Shown one piece after another: positions 30,406 through 40,760 of a stretch of 64,000 bases of DNA. Source of the stretch: an uncultured Acidimicrobiales bacterium (GTDB lineage: Bacteria > Actinomycetota > Acidimicrobiia > Acidimicrobiales > SZUA-35); assembly GCA_937958015.1 (NCBI GenBank), contig CALGOA010000021.1, positions 1,669 to 65,668 of the forward strand, in the 5' to 3' direction. Both the position numbers and the translations under genes were made by a program. The notes below the pieces were generated by a model. It saw nothing but the letters and a program-made list of their open reading frames with translations. It had not been told where the DNA came from and did no database searches. Numbering within the stretch: the first letter of the stretch is position 1; every line of letters starts with the position of its first letter.

Positions 30406-32343
30406 TCAGGAGATCGGCTGGCCTACTGCGAAGCTGAATCTGAAGCCCTCGGTACCGGTTGGAACCTCTTCGTAGGTTTGCTCGAGACGCCGCAGATCGA
30501 CGCTGAACGCCTCACGTAGCGGAACCCCAAGCGATTCCAGGATTCCATTGTTATCAGCGATCACGACGACGGGTCTCCGCAAGTCTTCTACGATCTGACC
30601 CAACGTCGCAGCTGAGACGTCGGGATCGAGCCCAATGACATTCCTTCCCTCGTTTTCGATGAGCAGCGGCACTACGAACGCATCGTGGCTGGGACCTCTC
30701 ATCCACATATATACGGTGTCGTCACCGTTGGACCCGATGATCTGTCGAGGTACATCCAACCCGCCGCTCCACTCTCGATGGTCGTGCAGAGGGACGGTCC
30801 AACGCAGTTGAGGGCCGACGATGGCGACGACCAACACAACGGTGAGCGCCGGCCGGTATCGCCGACTGACCGCTACCAACACCATGGCCGCCCCGAGTCC
30901 CACCAGTATTCCGAGCGTAGGCCAAATCACCGGAACGAAACGCCGCATCGCCCACATTAGGCGTGCGCTGATGCGCTGATCCCATAGATACACGGGCGTC
31001 AGTGATAGACCGGGCGCGACCAGGGCAACGATTCGCCACGACGAATCTCGGGCCAGCTGGACAAGGCCGGCGACAGCGAGAAAGACCGCCACTGGACCCA
31101 AGAACCAGGAGATTCGCTCGATTGCGAAAGGGTTGAACGTGGAACTATCCAACGGAACGCTGGTTCCGGGCGCAGCCGACTTGGATCGAACCAGAAATGC
31201 TACGAGCAGAGCACCGAACACAACCATCGATGCCTGACGAATCGCTCGTACAACGTTATTGTCGAGACTCACGGGACCGGTGAAGAGTTCGAGTGTGAGC
31301 CCTGCGGCCACTGGACCGATCATGAGACCGAACACGACTCGCGGACCGAAGTCCAAATGGCCAGCTGCGTAGTCCGCTGTGGTTGCGTACGTCTGCGTCG
31401 CCCAGATGCCGATCCCAGGCGCAACGCCAACCACGGCCGCAATCACATGGCGTCGGTACCCGGCGAGAGCCATGGCCCCAAGAACGAACGATACCAACGA
31501 CACCAGTAGGAACGAGTCAGCTCGACTGTTGGCACCGGCACCCAAGAGGAAGCCCCCGATGAGTGCGAATCCGACTCCGGTTCTGTCCATCGAGTCAATT
31601 GAGAGCACCCCTGCCAGCATTGCGGCTAATAGCAATGTCGCGACGGGAACTTCGGACCCGTTCCAATCGGCGAAGAACACCCAGACGTAATTGAACGCGA
31701 ATGCGGCTGACCCTACGACTGATGAAAGTACACCGACGACCCGACGCAATATCAGGACCATCGAGAGCACACCGATCAGAGCGACCATAGGGCTGACAAG
31801 AGAGACGCCCAGGGTCCGCCCGATCGCATATGCGGGAGCACTCAGGGCGGGATAGAGATGGTAGAAGGCGAAGTCCAACTCGCCGGGAGTCGTAGAGGAG
31901 GGATCGAGTGCGGGATAGTCAGCGGAGACGTCGGGGTATTCCTGCAACCCCAACCCGACGATTGGATCGTCCAAGGCCAGGCGGCCGGATTCGGCGATGT
32001 GTTGTGAGTGACGGATGTATACCCCCGGGTCTATCCCGGCGATCGAAACACGGTTGCCGGGAAGTACGAGTCCTAGGAAAAGACCTGCCAAGAGCAACAG
32101 GTACAGTACCAACCACCGTTCGGTGGGCGCTGGCCGGTGGGTGCGGGCGACCGCTACCCCGATCGCAATAGGTGCCAGGAAAGCGCCGACAACGGGAGCT
32201 AGAGACCACGCTGCGAGTTGCGCCAGGACCAACGAGGTGACCGCACCGACGGCGACGGCGGCGGCCATGGCCACGACGGCACACTCGGCCCCGGTGGCAC
32301 GGCCGGACAACTGACGTTCATACCATTCGATTTCGTCGCTCAT
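30406..32343 (-). CDS. Polytopic membrane protein, probable GT-C fold glycosyltransferase
   Basis: About 13 TM helices, acidic first loop IDPGVY, WNGSEVP, WAMRRFVP; directly downstream of a GT2 gene. Confidence 0.6.
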   Translation of the reverse strand: MSDEIEWYERQLSGRATGAECAVVAMAAAVAVGAVTSLVLAQLAAWSLAPVVGAFLAPIAIGVAVARTHRPAPTERWLVLYLLLLAGLFLGLVLPGNRVSIAGIDPGVYIRHSQHIAESGRLALDDPIVGLGLQEYPDVSADYPALDPSSTTPGELDFAFYHLYPALSAPAYAIGRTLGVSLVSPMVALIGVLSMVLILRRVVGVLSSVVGSAAFAFNYVWVFFADWNGSEVPVATLLLAAMLAGVLSIDSMDRTGVGFALIGGFLLGAGANSRADSFLLVSLVSFVLGAMALAGYRRHVIAAVVGVAPGIGIWATQTYATTADYAAGHLDFGPRVVFGLMIGPVAAGLTLELFTGPVSLDNNVVRAIRQASMVVFGALLVAFLVRSKSAAPGTSVPLDSSTFNPFAIERISWFLGPVAVFLAVAGLVQLARDSSWRIVALVAPGLSLTPVYLWDQRISARLMWAMRRFVPVIWPTLGILVGLGAAMVLVAVSRRYRPALTVVLVVAIVGPQLRWTVPLHDHREWSGGLDVPRQIIGSNGDDTVYMWMRGPSHDAFVVPLLIENEGRNVIGLDPDVSAATLGQIVEDLRRPVVVIADNNGILESLGVPLREAFSVDLRRLEQTYEEVPTGTEGFRFSFAVGQPIS

Positions 32344-33354
32344 TCAGTCCAGAACCACGCTCTTACGCCGATCGCCATCGAGCTCAACGTCATAGTGGCT
32401 GGGTCCGACTTCAACCGCCAGTTCGAGACGGCGAACCCGTTCGAACGTTCGCTGCGACACTACTCGTTGGCCAGCGATCAGGTCGGCGACTACCGCGAGA
32501 GCGAACAGCTGCACCGCCGAGATTATTAGAACCGCTCCGACGACAATCGATTGCAGGTGTCCGGATGTGTCACCATTGAGCAACCAGTCGCTCAGGAAGG
32601 GCAGGAACGCAACCAAGGCACCGACGAGGCTTGCGCCAGCCAACACTCCAAAGAACTTCAATGGTTCGTAAGCTGCGAAGACTCGACCGATCGTGATGGC
32701 GTTTCGTCGCACGTAGCCGAACATCGATCCGAAAAGCCGCGACTCCCGGACCTTGGGGTTCGTGCGTATCGGAACAGATGTGATCGCCGAGTTCAGCCGG
32801 CCAGCCTGGATCAACGACTCGATCGTGTAGGTGTACTGGTTCACGACGGTCAGCCCGAGCGCAGCTTCCCGCGAGTACGCCCGGAACCCGCTGGTAGCGT
32901 CGGGTATGTCGGTGCCCGACGCCTTGCGAACGGTCCAGCTTCCAATGAGCTGCAGCCGAATCTTGAGGCGGCTGAACTCGTCATGGTTCCGGACATCCCG
33001 CGCCCCCACGACAATGTCGGCACGGCCTTCGAGGATGGGGGCGACGAGCTTTGGGATATCAGCCGCCACGTATTGGTTGTCCGCATCGGTATTGACGACC
33101 ACGTCAGCTCCGAGTTTGAGGCACGCATCAAGACCAGCCTGGAACGCGTTCGCCAGGCCACGATTCTGCGGAAGTTTGACGACGTGGTGCATGCCGAGCT
33201 CGCGCCCGACCGCAACGGTGCCGTCGCTCGACCCATCGTCGATCATCAGCCACTCGACAATATCGAAACCCGCTACCTCGGTTGGCAACTCAGCCAGCGT
33301 CGCTGGAAGTTGTTCAGCCTCGTTGTAACAAGGGACCTGGATAATCAACTTCAT
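32344..33354 (-). CDS. GT2 polyprenyl-phosphate glycosyltransferase (DPM synthase/GtrB-like)
   Basis: VPCYNEA, IDDGSSD, NTDADNQY, SGFRAYSRE and two C-terminal TM helices; start trimmed to 33354. Confidence 0.9.
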   Translation of the reverse strand: MKLIIQVPCYNEAEQLPATLAELPTEVAGFDIVEWLMIDDGSSDGTVAVGRELGMHHVVKLPQNRGLANAFQAGLDACLKLGADVVVNTDADNQYVAADIPKLVAPILEGRADIVVGARDVRNHDEFSRLKIRLQLIGSWTVRKASGTDIPDATSGFRAYSREAALGLTVVNQYTYTIESLIQAGRLNSAITSVPIRTNPKVRESRLFGSMFGYVRRNAITIGRVFAAYEPLKFFGVLAGASLVGALVAFLPFLSDWLLNGDTSGHLQSIVVGAVLIISAVQLFALAVVADLIAGQRVVSQRTFERVRRLELAVEVGPSHYDVELDGDRRKSVVLD

Positions 33355-33480
33355 CGACCAAGACCTTAGTGGCGCATTCAAGCCGGGCTGCGGATCGCAG
33401 GTGGCCCAACCCGCCGTCCTTGCCACGATTCACTGGAGGGTAGGCGGTAGTGTCGGCGACAGGATTTACCAAGGAGATCA

Positions 33481-34536
33481 ATGCCAGACCCACGAGAAAT
33501 CCCCAGGCGGGCCAAGGCCGTCGTGAAATCGACAGTTGGAGTACACCCGGACCTTTTTGACCTGATTCATGCCATCAAGAATGAGATCGTCGGCCGGTTG
33601 GAGCTCCTGCAGGGGGATCTCGATTCCACCGCCACCTCCCTTTCTGAAGAGGTGGCGATTGCGGGAATGGCAGCACACAGCGCCGAAGCGCTGGCGCGAG
33701 CAAATCAGGCGGAAATGCGGGCAGCCCGTGACGAGCTGGCGTTCGCTCGGGCCTCCATCGAGGACCTCCTCGGCAGGAACACCCTTTCGAGGATGCGCAA
33801 GGAGCGGGCCCAGATCGACCAGTTCGATGAACAGCTGGCCTTCTTCCTCAACTACGCACACTCCCACGAGGGCCCCCTCGCCGCCAGGAATCTCTGGCTC
33901 AACAATCCGGTCGTCGTCGAATGGCAGGAGCGAAACGCCAGAGTCGGGGCTGTCAACGAGCGAATAGTGGAGGTGCCCTTCGTGATGCAATCGCTCGGTG
34001 CCCTCGCCCCCGGAGCAAACATTCTCGATATCGGTGGCGGCGAGAGCACGCTCGGATTCTCACTCGCTTCGCTCGGCTACCTCACGACGGTTGTTGAACC
34101 CCAGGGGTATCCATTCACCCATCCGAATCTCCGAGTCTCGCTGCAAGCTTTGGAGAGCGGCGACGTCGACGAGCGTTTTGACGCCGTGATTCTGCTGTCC
34201 ACGATTGAACACTTCGGCATCGGGCACTACGCGGGTGGCCCCGAGCCAACGATGGACGCAGACCTCGAGGCCCTTCGCCTCATCCGAACTCGACTCATCA
34301 AGGACGAAGGAATTCTGATTCTCACCACCCCCTACGGTCCAGCGGAGGTGAACGATGTCGAGCGGATATACGACAACGAGCGGCTACACCGCCTTCTCGC
34401 CGGTTGGGATATCGACGTTGTCCGGGTGGCTCAACGAACGAATTCGACAAGCTGGACTCTGATCTCGGACCATCTGGTGGACGAACCAGCTTCTGGAAGC
34501 GTCGTGATGGTGACCGCGCGGCCAAGTTCAACGTGA
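33481..34536 (+). CDS. SAM-dependent methyltransferase (DUF268-like) with N-terminal coiled coil
   Basis: RBS aaggag; NERIVEVPF, ILDIGGGES, LSTIEHFGIGHY, LILTTPYG, RIYD. Confidence 0.75.
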   Translation: MPDPREIPRRAKAVVKSTVGVHPDLFDLIHAIKNEIVGRLELLQGDLDSTATSLSEEVAIAGMAAHSAEALARANQAEMRAARDELAFARASIEDLLGRNTLSRMRKERAQIDQFDEQLAFFLNYAHSHEGPLAARNLWLNNPVVVEWQERNARVGAVNERIVEVPFVMQSLGALAPGANILDIGGGESTLGFSLASLGYLTTVVEPQGYPFTHPNLRVSLQALESGDVDERFDAVILLSTIEHFGIGHYAGGPEPTMDADLEALRLIRTRLIKDEGILILTTPYGPAEVNDVERIYDNERLHRLLAGWDIDVVRVAQRTNSTSWTLISDHLVDEPASGSVVMVTARPSST

Positions 34537-36842
34537 CAGTCGTATACGACCTACTTGGCGTCCAAAGCAAGGAGCACGGGGAGCGAGGCATCGCTCGTTA
34601 CGTCCTCAACCTTGCGTTGGCCATCGAAAAGATCCATCCGAACGCCGTCGGCGCCTACCTCGTCCGCTCTGAGCTTCCGTTACCCGGCGTCCTGGAGCCG
34701 TTGATTCGATCGGGAAAGGTCCGGACGGCGCAAGAGATGGCGCTAGACCCGCCCCAATCCGGCGTCTTTGTCGTGGCCTCGCCATACGAACTCGGTGAAC
34801 CGCTCGACAGCATCGTTCCGCACTGGGCCCGGGGACCTCGCTGGAAGCGCACGGGAATCGTCTATGACCTGATTCCCATGATCTTTCCGGATGTCTATCT
34901 GACCAGCTTCTGGCACAAACGTTACCGAGCGAGAACGAACACCCTGAGATCATTGGACCACCTGTTCGCAATCTCCGAGGCGTCGAAGACCGATGCGGTC
35001 CGACTCCTCCATCGTGAGCCTGACTCGATCACCATGATCGGAGCAGGAGCAGACGACTCGTTTGTACCGCCGACGACGAGCCGACAAGACGTCGTCGCGC
35101 AGCTACAGAAACGGCTACCCGGTCTCCGCCCGTCGTACCTGCTCTTCCCCAGCGGCATCGAATGGCGCAAGAACCTCTCCCGAATGTTCGAAGCGTATGC
35201 CAGCCTCGAATCAGAGACTCGACGTAGACATCAATTGGTGATGGTCTGTCGAACCAACGAAGCCGAGCAGCACATGCTTGCCAGCGAGATGGAACGGCTC
35301 GGCATCACCGATGACTTCCTAGCAACAGGCTTCGTAACCGACGACGATTTGGTCCGGCTCTACCAGGGCGCCGAACTGGTGATCTTCCCTTCGCTGTATG
35401 AAGGTTTTGGCCTGCCCGTGCTTGAGGCACGACAATGCGGAGCGCCGGTCGTGTGCTCAGACAACTCGTCGTTGGTAGAGGTCCAACCCGATCCAACCGC
35501 TCGGTTCGACGCCGAGGACGTCGATGCCATCGCTGAAGTCCTGCGCCGGACGCTCGGCGATCCGGGCGAACGTTTGCGTCTTCGGGATTCGGACATACCT
35601 CCGTTCTCGTGGGCGTGGGCCGCCGAGCGCACGCTGCCCGAGCTTGCGCGTCTGGACCAATCGGCCCGCTCGACGCCCACAGCCCGGAAACGTCTTGCGG
35701 TGTTTAGTCCCCTGCCTCCTGAGCGAAGCGGGATCGCGACCTACACCTCACGGTTGCTCGGACCGATTGCTGATCAGGCAGACATCACTGTTTTCTGTGA
35801 CGGGGACGTTGCAGAAGCGAAGTCACCCGCAGGAATTCGGGTTCTCCGGACGAGTCAGTTCGATTCTGTGGAGCGGATGGCGGGACAGTTCGACTCCGTG
35901 ATCTACTTCATCGGCAATAGCGAGTTTCACCTCGGTGCACTCGCTCAACTGCGAAAGCGTCCAGGCGCGGTTCTTCTGCACGACGTTCGTATGACCGGAC
36001 TCTACGAAATGCAGTACGAATTCGAACCCGCCGCCCTGCCCCACGGGACTGTCGGTGGGTTGCTTCGACAGTGGTATCCGCTGAACTACCGCCCCCACCT
36101 CTACGACGAATTGGTGATCCTCGCACCTGACGCTGATCGCTTCGGTATCTATCTCACCCGTGAGATCGCCAGCCTGGCCACACGATTGTTCACCCATTCG
36201 GACTTCGCAGCCAATCTGATTCGGCTGGATTCGGGTGTGACCCCAGAGGTTCTATTTCCCATTCCGGTTCATCACGAGGAGATCGCACGACAACGCGACC
36301 AACCGCCAACGGTTACCACGTTTGGGATGCTCGACCCGGTGAAACAACCGTTCCTTCTCCTCAAGGCCTTCGACCTTGTTCGCCAAGAGATTCCGAACGC
36401 CCGACTTCGTTTTGTCGGGCCCGTTCACCCGGACCTGCGGGAGCGGATCGACGGAGCGATTCCCGCTCACAACCTCGACGCCGTCGAGATCACCGGACAC
36501 GTGTCCAGCGACAGATACCGCAGCGAGTTGGCTGCTACCACGGTGGCCGTGCAGCTCCGGGCGTTCACGAATGGTGAATCGTCAGCGGCGGTGGCGGACT
36601 TGATCGGTGCCGGAATACCGACCGTCGTGTCCGATATCGGAGCCATGACTGAGTTGCCGCCAACCATGGTCCGCCACGTCGATTCAAACGCTTCGGCGAC
36701 CGCTCTAGCAGCGGTACTCGTCGAGTTGTTGACCGATCACGCCATGCGTGACGCGATGGTTTCGGAAGGATCGCGGTACTCGGTCGAGCACTCCTACGAG
36801 GCGGCTAGTGCCCTCCTTCTCAGGAAGCTTCACCTTCGGTAA
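34533..36842 (+). CDS. Bimodular GT4-GT4 glycosyltransferase (WbdA-like)
   Basis: Module 1: ERGIARY, YDLIP, EWRKN, PSLYEGFGLPVLEA. Module 2: FSPLPPERSGIATY, VQLRAFTNGESSA. GTGA coupling to the methyltransferase. Confidence 0.88.
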   Translation: MTVVYDLLGVQSKEHGERGIARYVLNLALAIEKIHPNAVGAYLVRSELPLPGVLEPLIRSGKVRTAQEMALDPPQSGVFVVASPYELGEPLDSIVPHWARGPRWKRTGIVYDLIPMIFPDVYLTSFWHKRYRARTNTLRSLDHLFAISEASKTDAVRLLHREPDSITMIGAGADDSFVPPTTSRQDVVAQLQKRLPGLRPSYLLFPSGIEWRKNLSRMFEAYASLESETRRRHQLVMVCRTNEAEQHMLASEMERLGITDDFLATGFVTDDDLVRLYQGAELVIFPSLYEGFGLPVLEARQCGAPVVCSDNSSLVEVQPDPTARFDAEDVDAIAEVLRRTLGDPGERLRLRDSDIPPFSWAWAAERTLPELARLDQSARSTPTARKRLAVFSPLPPERSGIATYTSRLLGPIADQADITVFCDGDVAEAKSPAGIRVLRTSQFDSVERMAGQFDSVIYFIGNSEFHLGALAQLRKRPGAVLLHDVRMTGLYEMQYEFEPAALPHGTVGGLLRQWYPLNYRPHLYDELVILAPDADRFGIYLTREIASLATRLFTHSDFAANLIRLDSGVTPEVLFPIPVHHEEIARQRDQPPTVTTFGMLDPVKQPFLLLKAFDLVRQEIPNARLRFVGPVHPDLRERIDGAIPAHNLDAVEITGHVSSDRYRSELAATTVAVQLRAFTNGESSAAVADLIGAGIPTVVSDIGAMTELPPTMVRHVDSNASATALAAVLVELLTDHAMRDAMVSEGSRYSVEHSYEAASALLLRKLHLR

Positions 36843-37926
36843 TTCGCGCCGCGGGAGGCGAGAGCTGATCGGCAAGCGCCGTTAGCTGCGATACGTAGTC
36901 GAGCCACGACGTCGACTTCCGGCTGGCTGCGCTGGCCATGCCCATTAGATCTGCGGCAGCCAGTTCGATCCCGTCCGCGAACGCCTGCGGGTCCTCGGGA
37001 TCGGTCAGAATGCCGTCCTCGCCGTGGGCTATCGAATCAACGAGACCCCCGACCGCAGTCGCAACGACAACACGTCCGGCGCTCTGGGCCAGCGAGACTA
37101 CCCCCGACTGGGTCGCGGCGCGGTAGGGAGCCAGCAGCACGTGATGCGATTGAAGGAGCTCACTCAGTTCATTATCGGCGACGTATCCCAACCTCTCATC
37201 AACGCTCATCCCACGAGCCCTGAGCGCAGCGACCGAGGGGACAGAATCCTCACTCCAGACTTCACCAGCGATTGTCAGGGAATAGACCGCCGGGTCCACC
37301 AGCTCCAGCGCTGCGATGGCGAGGTCGAGGCCTTTGTAGTGACGGATGGTTCCGGCAAATAGCAGTTTGACCGGTGGGGATGGCGGCAAGGAGCTCGGCT
37401 CGATCCCCAGCAGAGAAGGCATCGGCAACACACAGGTCGGAACCTCGATACTCAACTGCTCCAGTTCGGCTCGGATCGATTCCGCATGACAGAGAAGAAG
37501 GTCGGCGCGGCCCAGAACCAGCCTCGCCAATAGCCCTGCGAACGGCATTCGTTCGTGGGGTCGGACATTGTGAACATGGATCACCCGAACCGAAGCCCGG
37601 GAAAACCATAAAAGCACCAACAGCGGGAGAAAGTGGAAGGGGCTGACCCAGGGCGTGAACACGATGTCGTGCTCCTTCGCCATCCGACCGGTTCGGACCC
37701 ACGAGACCGGGTTGAACCAACTGAGGTCCCAGCGTGTTCCTGGGTTCCCCACTGCGTCAGGGTCGATCGCGCTACGCCGATACAGAACCTTTGGATATTG
37801 ATGACGCCATGAGAAGCGGCCGACGTCGTAGCCGAACGTTTTCATCGCATCTGCGACGCGAGCCGTGTGTTGAGATATACCACCCTTCAGCGGAGGCAGC
37901 GGACCCACGATGGCTGCAGACCTCAT
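36820..37926 (-). CDS. GT4 glycosyltransferase
   Basis: GGISQH, HNVRPHE, GTIRHYKGLD, PYRAATQSGV. Confidence 0.88.
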   Translation of the reverse strand: MRSAAIVGPLPPLKGGISQHTARVADAMKTFGYDVGRFSWRHQYPKVLYRRSAIDPDAVGNPGTRWDLSWFNPVSWVRTGRMAKEHDIVFTPWVSPFHFLPLLVLLWFSRASVRVIHVHNVRPHERMPFAGLLARLVLGRADLLLCHAESIRAELEQLSIEVPTCVLPMPSLLGIEPSSLPPSPPVKLLFAGTIRHYKGLDLAIAALELVDPAVYSLTIAGEVWSEDSVPSVAALRARGMSVDERLGYVADNELSELLQSHHVLLAPYRAATQSGVVSLAQSAGRVVVATAVGGLVDSIAHGEDGILTDPEDPQAFADGIELAAADLMGMASAASRKSTSWLDYVSQLTALADQLSPPAARITEGEAS

Positions 37927-38891
37927 TGACGAATCCCCCGCACGCGACCCTCAACGAGTCGCAGGAGTTCTGAGCCCGCCCCGATCGCTCCGATGATCAC
38001 CTGCATCGCAAGAAGAGACAGTGCGAATCCGAGCGCCACCGGTCGTTCGATCTCATAAAGGGAGAGAAAGGCCACGAATCCAGCTTCGCGGATCCCGATT
38101 CCGGCGATCGTGAACGGAATCAATGTGCCAAGGAAGACGAGACCACGAATCCAACCAAGCGCCGCAAAGCTAACGCCGAGCCCGATGTCTTGGGCGACTA
38201 CGTAGCTAGAGAGGACGAAGAACAGATAGCCGAGCAAACCCCACACGGCGAGGCGTCCCGCGTCCACGGCGCGGACATCGCGGTGCTGTTGAATCGCATC
38301 TGCCAGCGATCCTAATTTTGGGCCGACCACAGGAAGCCGGACCACAGGTCGCAGAATTGCGAAGATTCGATCGAGGCGATCGGTGAAACTGGCCAGGACC
38401 GCAACCCCACTCGCAAGGATCAACGTGCTGAAGGTCGCGGTCAGCACTCTGAACTCATCGAACAGCTGGCTTCGCTCCAGGAGTAGAAACCCCAATGCGG
38501 CACACGCGTAGGTCAGGATCTGAACGAACTTCTCCAGCACCACAAGAGCGGCCGCACCCGAACGGCTGCCGGCATCCTGATAACGATGCCAACGCACGGC
38601 CGTCGCAGCGGCTCGTGGAAGAACCATCGTGTAGAACCGAACGGAGAGGTTGACTCGGACCAAAGAAGGAAGCGACAGATCGAGCGTTCTTCGGATCGTG
38701 CGGGTCACGATGGCCGGGATAACAATGGATCCGGCGACGTGGCTGGCCGTACCAATAGCCAGTCCCAGCGCTGTAACCCGACCGAATGCATCGGCGCTGC
38801 GCTCGTCGGCTACAAACCCGACAAGACCGGCGAGCACTGCGACCGAAAAGAGGGCCCGCAGCGAATAGGTGGTGACCTCGCGAGCCGTCAT
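37923..38891 (-). CDS. Flippase-like membrane protein (lysylphosphatidylglycerol synthase TM family)
   Basis: Multiple TM helices and IPFTIAGIGIRE motif. Confidence 0.75.
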   Translation of the reverse strand: MTAREVTTYSLRALFSVAVLAGLVGFVADERSADAFGRVTALGLAIGTASHVAGSIVIPAIVTRTIRRTLDLSLPSLVRVNLSVRFYTMVLPRAAATAVRWHRYQDAGSRSGAAALVVLEKFVQILTYACAALGFLLLERSQLFDEFRVLTATFSTLILASGVAVLASFTDRLDRIFAILRPVVRLPVVGPKLGSLADAIQQHRDVRAVDAGRLAVWGLLGYLFFVLSSYVVAQDIGLGVSFAALGWIRGLVFLGTLIPFTIAGIGIREAGFVAFLSLYEIERPVALGFALSLLAMQVIIGAIGAGSELLRLVEGRVRGIRQ

Positions 38892-38906
38892 CGGTAATGC
38901 GCCTGG

Positions 38907-40760
38907 TTAGCCGCACGTGGCGCCGTGAACGCCTTTGCCAGTGATGCCAGCCATCGCCCCATACGTAGCCAGCAGCGAGATTCCGTGATTGAGATTTGCG
39001 ACCCCGCCGGTCTCAGACCCAATCACGCGCTGGAAGGCGCGCTCGCCAAGTGTTTCACCCAAGAGCTGTTCGGTCATGGGCGCATGGGCAACGAACGGCA
39101 GTTTCGAGACGAGTTCAAGCAACACTGGCCGGAGATCACCTCCGTACCATTCGGTTGCCGGCACATCCGCAGCCGCCATCTTCGGCTGATAGATGACCTC
39201 ATCGGGAAGGAGTCCTGAGCGACTCGCCATCTTGGCTAGTGCGTACTTGCCAATGTTTGTTCCCTTCGAGGGCCTTAGGAGACTGGTGGGCACGCTTGCC
39301 GCCAGCTTCGCCATTCCTTCGTGTTGATACGGCGAAACGATGGTTACCCCGGCTGCGTCAATGCTCCCGGAAATCTTCATCGCTGAGGGGGTCAGAAGTT
39401 TCTTCGCCTGATAACCGAGCTGAACCGGGTCCAAATGTTCATAGGGCGCCGCAAGCCGAGCCGCATGTTCGGCCAGATCGATCGACCGCTTCGGATCGTG
39501 ACCGCCTCTCAGCCGTGAAAGCGAGCGTGGATCGAACACCCGAAACGTCAGGAAGTTTCGTTCTGGGTGGGGCAGCTTCGCCGCATCGAGCACACTTCCT
39601 GCCACAACCGCCGGGCGCCCGACGACATCGGAGAGCCGACTTGATGAAACCAGGGATCGGACGCCGCTGAGGACTCCATTCGGCAACCGGCTCAACAGCT
39701 CGACAACCTGCCCGCGTCGATACGTCAGGGGATATCCGAAGAACAGGTTGTCGCAGCCGTCTCCGCTGAAACAGACGGATCCACCCTCTTCCCGGACCGC
39801 ATCGGAGACCATGACGGTTTGTGCAACATACGCCGGCCAGTTCGTTGGGGCATTCGCGATCTCGGGATACCGGCGAAGCCACTTGGCCAACTCCAATGGT
39901 TCGATCGTATGCCACCGGTGGGTGCCGCCCGTCGCCTCGACAACTTCGCCGATGAAGCGTTGATTGAAACGATCGTCGTCGTATCGAAACGTGTGAGTTC
40001 GGACGTGGTGTCCACGTTTGGCCAGGCCAGCCGCCACGAGGGCCGAGTCGAACCCGCCCAGAAGAACGTCGACGCGCTCGTCCACGGGCGCCAGTTCCTC
40101 GATCGACCGGTCAAACGCAATCTGCAACGCCTCTACCAAGTCGTTCTCGTCACCGTCGCCCCAGTCGGGAACTGCCCACGAGCTCGGCACCTTCCGCTCT
40201 GGAAACTCCTCGCCCCCGAGTACGAAAGTCGATCGAGCATCGAGCCTGACGACGTTCGCAAAGATGGTCTCAGGCCGAGGAACGAACCCGTACACCAGCA
40301 GAAAGTCCTCGACTTCCCGGTTCAGATCAAGCGGCTGGGCCGAGTTGAGCAGGTAGATGGACGTGGCGGCGTCCGTTCGGCCCTGGTCGGTCCGTCGAAA
40401 GAGTTCGGACGAACCGTAGGGATCGGTCGCGATCACCAGAGTGCCGGTTTGTTTGTTGAGCCCAAACACCACGAAGCGCCCCCAGAGTCCTGCGGCGGGG
40501 TCGCTGACGCCATCCCAACGGGAGAGGATGTGGGCAGCCGCCGCGGTTGCGTCGTGCCTGATCGAAGGAGCGATGGTGGCGCCGTGCAAGAACCCCTTGA
40601 ACGCCACCACAAACCGATCGTCTTCGGCATGTCCACAAACACGCGAGTCTTGGCTCAAAACTTGGAGCGAGGATCGTTCGTGGAAATGGGTGAACGTCGC
40701 ACCCGGCAGCGGCGCACCCGACCCCTTCCCTTGCTGTGCGTAGATGCCGTTTCGGATCAT
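38907..40760 (-). CDS. Asparagine synthetase-like amide ligase lacking the N-terminal Cys
   Basis: ATDPYG, LLGGFDS (PP-loop variant), SGDGCDNLFFGY, GKYAL..LLPDEVIYQPK. Confidence 0.75.
   Translation of the reverse strand: MIRNGIYAQQGKGSGAPLPGATFTHFHERSSLQVLSQDSRVCGHAEDDRFVVAFKGFLHGATIAPSIRHDATAAAAHILSRWDGVSDPAAGLWGRFVVFGLNKQTGTLVIATDPYGSSELFRRTDQGRTDAATSIYLLNSAQPLDLNREVEDFLLVYGFVPRPETIFANVVRLDARSTFVLGGEEFPERKVPSSWAVPDWGDGDENDLVEALQIAFDRSIEELAPVDERVDVLLGGFDSALVAAGLAKRGHHVRTHTFRYDDDRFNQRFIGEVVEATGGTHRWHTIEPLELAKWLRRYPEIANAPTNWPAYVAQTVMVSDAVREEGGSVCFSGDGCDNLFFGYPLTYRRGQVVELLSRLPNGVLSGVRSLVSSSRLSDVVGRPAVVAGSVLDAAKLPHPERNFLTFRVFDPRSLSRLRGGHDPKRSIDLAEHAARLAAPYEHLDPVQLGYQAKKLLTPSAMKISGSIDAAGVTIVSPYQHEGMAKLAASVPTSLLRPSKGTNIGKYALAKMASRSGLLPDEVIYQPKMAAADVPATEWYGGDLRPVLLELVSKLPFVAHAPMTEQLLGETLGERAFQRVIGSETGGVANLNHGISLLATYGAMAGITGKGVHGATCG

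Noticed and set aside
38907..40760. Lasso peptide cyclase
   Set aside because: No adjacent precursor peptide, B1/RRE or B2 protease; the context is glycan modification
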